Shown here one piece after another: positions 63,401-64,000 of a DNA stretch of 64,000 nucleotides. The notes beneath the pieces were generated by a model. That model was given only the letters and a program-made list of their open reading frames with translations. It was not told the DNA's origin and searched no databases. This DNA comes from Azolla caroliniana (lineage: Eukaryota; Plantae; Polypodiophyta): the NCBI GenBank assembly GCA_043228905.1, contig JBHGNT010000020.1:8928001-8992000 (forward strand), given 5' to 3'. The translations under genes were made by a program, and so were the position numbers. Every line of letters begins with the position of its first letter. Within the stretch, counting starts at the first letter, position 1.

Positions 63401-64000
63401 AAGGGTGGGGAGGACGAATTTTTTCATGAAGTGGCCAAATTTTTGTTAGAAGTGGGTTTTGTTAATCCCTGATTTTACTATATGCCCTAAAAGAGAGCCG
63501 GCTTCATAATAGCCACGTACGAGGGCAAAGTTTTTGACTAGGGGTTGCTGTCAGCAGAAGCTATGTGGGAGCAGCTCCATGGGGTGCAAAAAGGGAAACC
63601 AATGAAACCGATCTTTGCTCGTTGGTTGTCGGTGCTTTTTCCGACATAGAGATCGGAAAATCAACAAGAACATCAAAGGCCGCCATGGCCACAAACAACT
63701 TCCCGACCCCGAAGACTGGTACAACGTGAGGAGTGGCAGGAACCAGAATCGACGCAAGTTGATGCCACGCAACCGGAAAACAAACCACAACAACCGGTAC
63801 CCTCACAAGTTCCAAAGTTGTCACAAAATCCCCAGCCAGACTTTGTACCTGTCCCACAACCAACTCCACAATCGCCCCAACCTGTAGAACCTCACCAACC
63901 GACGCAATGACAACATCGGGTAAAGCAAAGGGCTCAGCGCTTTCCGCAAACTCCACAAGAGGAACCTGCACAGAAAAAACAAAGAACATAGGAGCAAGTT

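Larger units (their letters stand above)
56211..64000 (+). mobile_element. Gypsy family E (AT-rich relative of D): 5' LTR from 56211, degraded gag-pol ~57700-62750, extra ORF from 63136 running off the window
   Basis: LTR starts TGTTACC. Paired knuckles CTTCLNTGHSTIKC/CTICHSKAHSVEQC, VDGGSGVN, RT-RH ORF 60039-61286, integrase 61436-62540, extra ORF with YFGEYS. Confidence 0.92.

Overview
This window is almost entirely nested, mostly decayed plant retroelement DNA. I found no host gene, rRNA, tRNA gene or CRISPR array. It looks like a large-genome land plant, possibly a fern (inference from element types only). Family letters below are my own labels. Contents: at least five Ty1/copia families (A, B, C, F, G), several Ty3/gypsy lineages (an extra-ORF non-chromovirus family D/E, family H with TGTCG...CGACA termini, a chromovirus), RTE-type and L1-type LINE remnants and three solo LTRs. 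One gypsy element is structurally complete (44909-54826: 434-bp LTRs, GGCAC target-site duplication (TSD), single gag-pol, ~900-codon downstream extra ORF). It sits in a copia element (40921-56091) that itself interrupts a LINE. Main finding: this gypsy family has no polypurine tract (PPT). The PPT position holds a sequence that reads like a tRNA 3' end including CCA (GTCCCACAGGCGTGCCA, 54374-54390), i.e. an inverted second primer-binding site (PBS). The same motif and spacing recur in a diverged relative (19797-19813). This suggests tRNA-primed plus-strand synthesis, a hypothesis to test. Coordinates were read by eye; those for degraded pieces are approximate.
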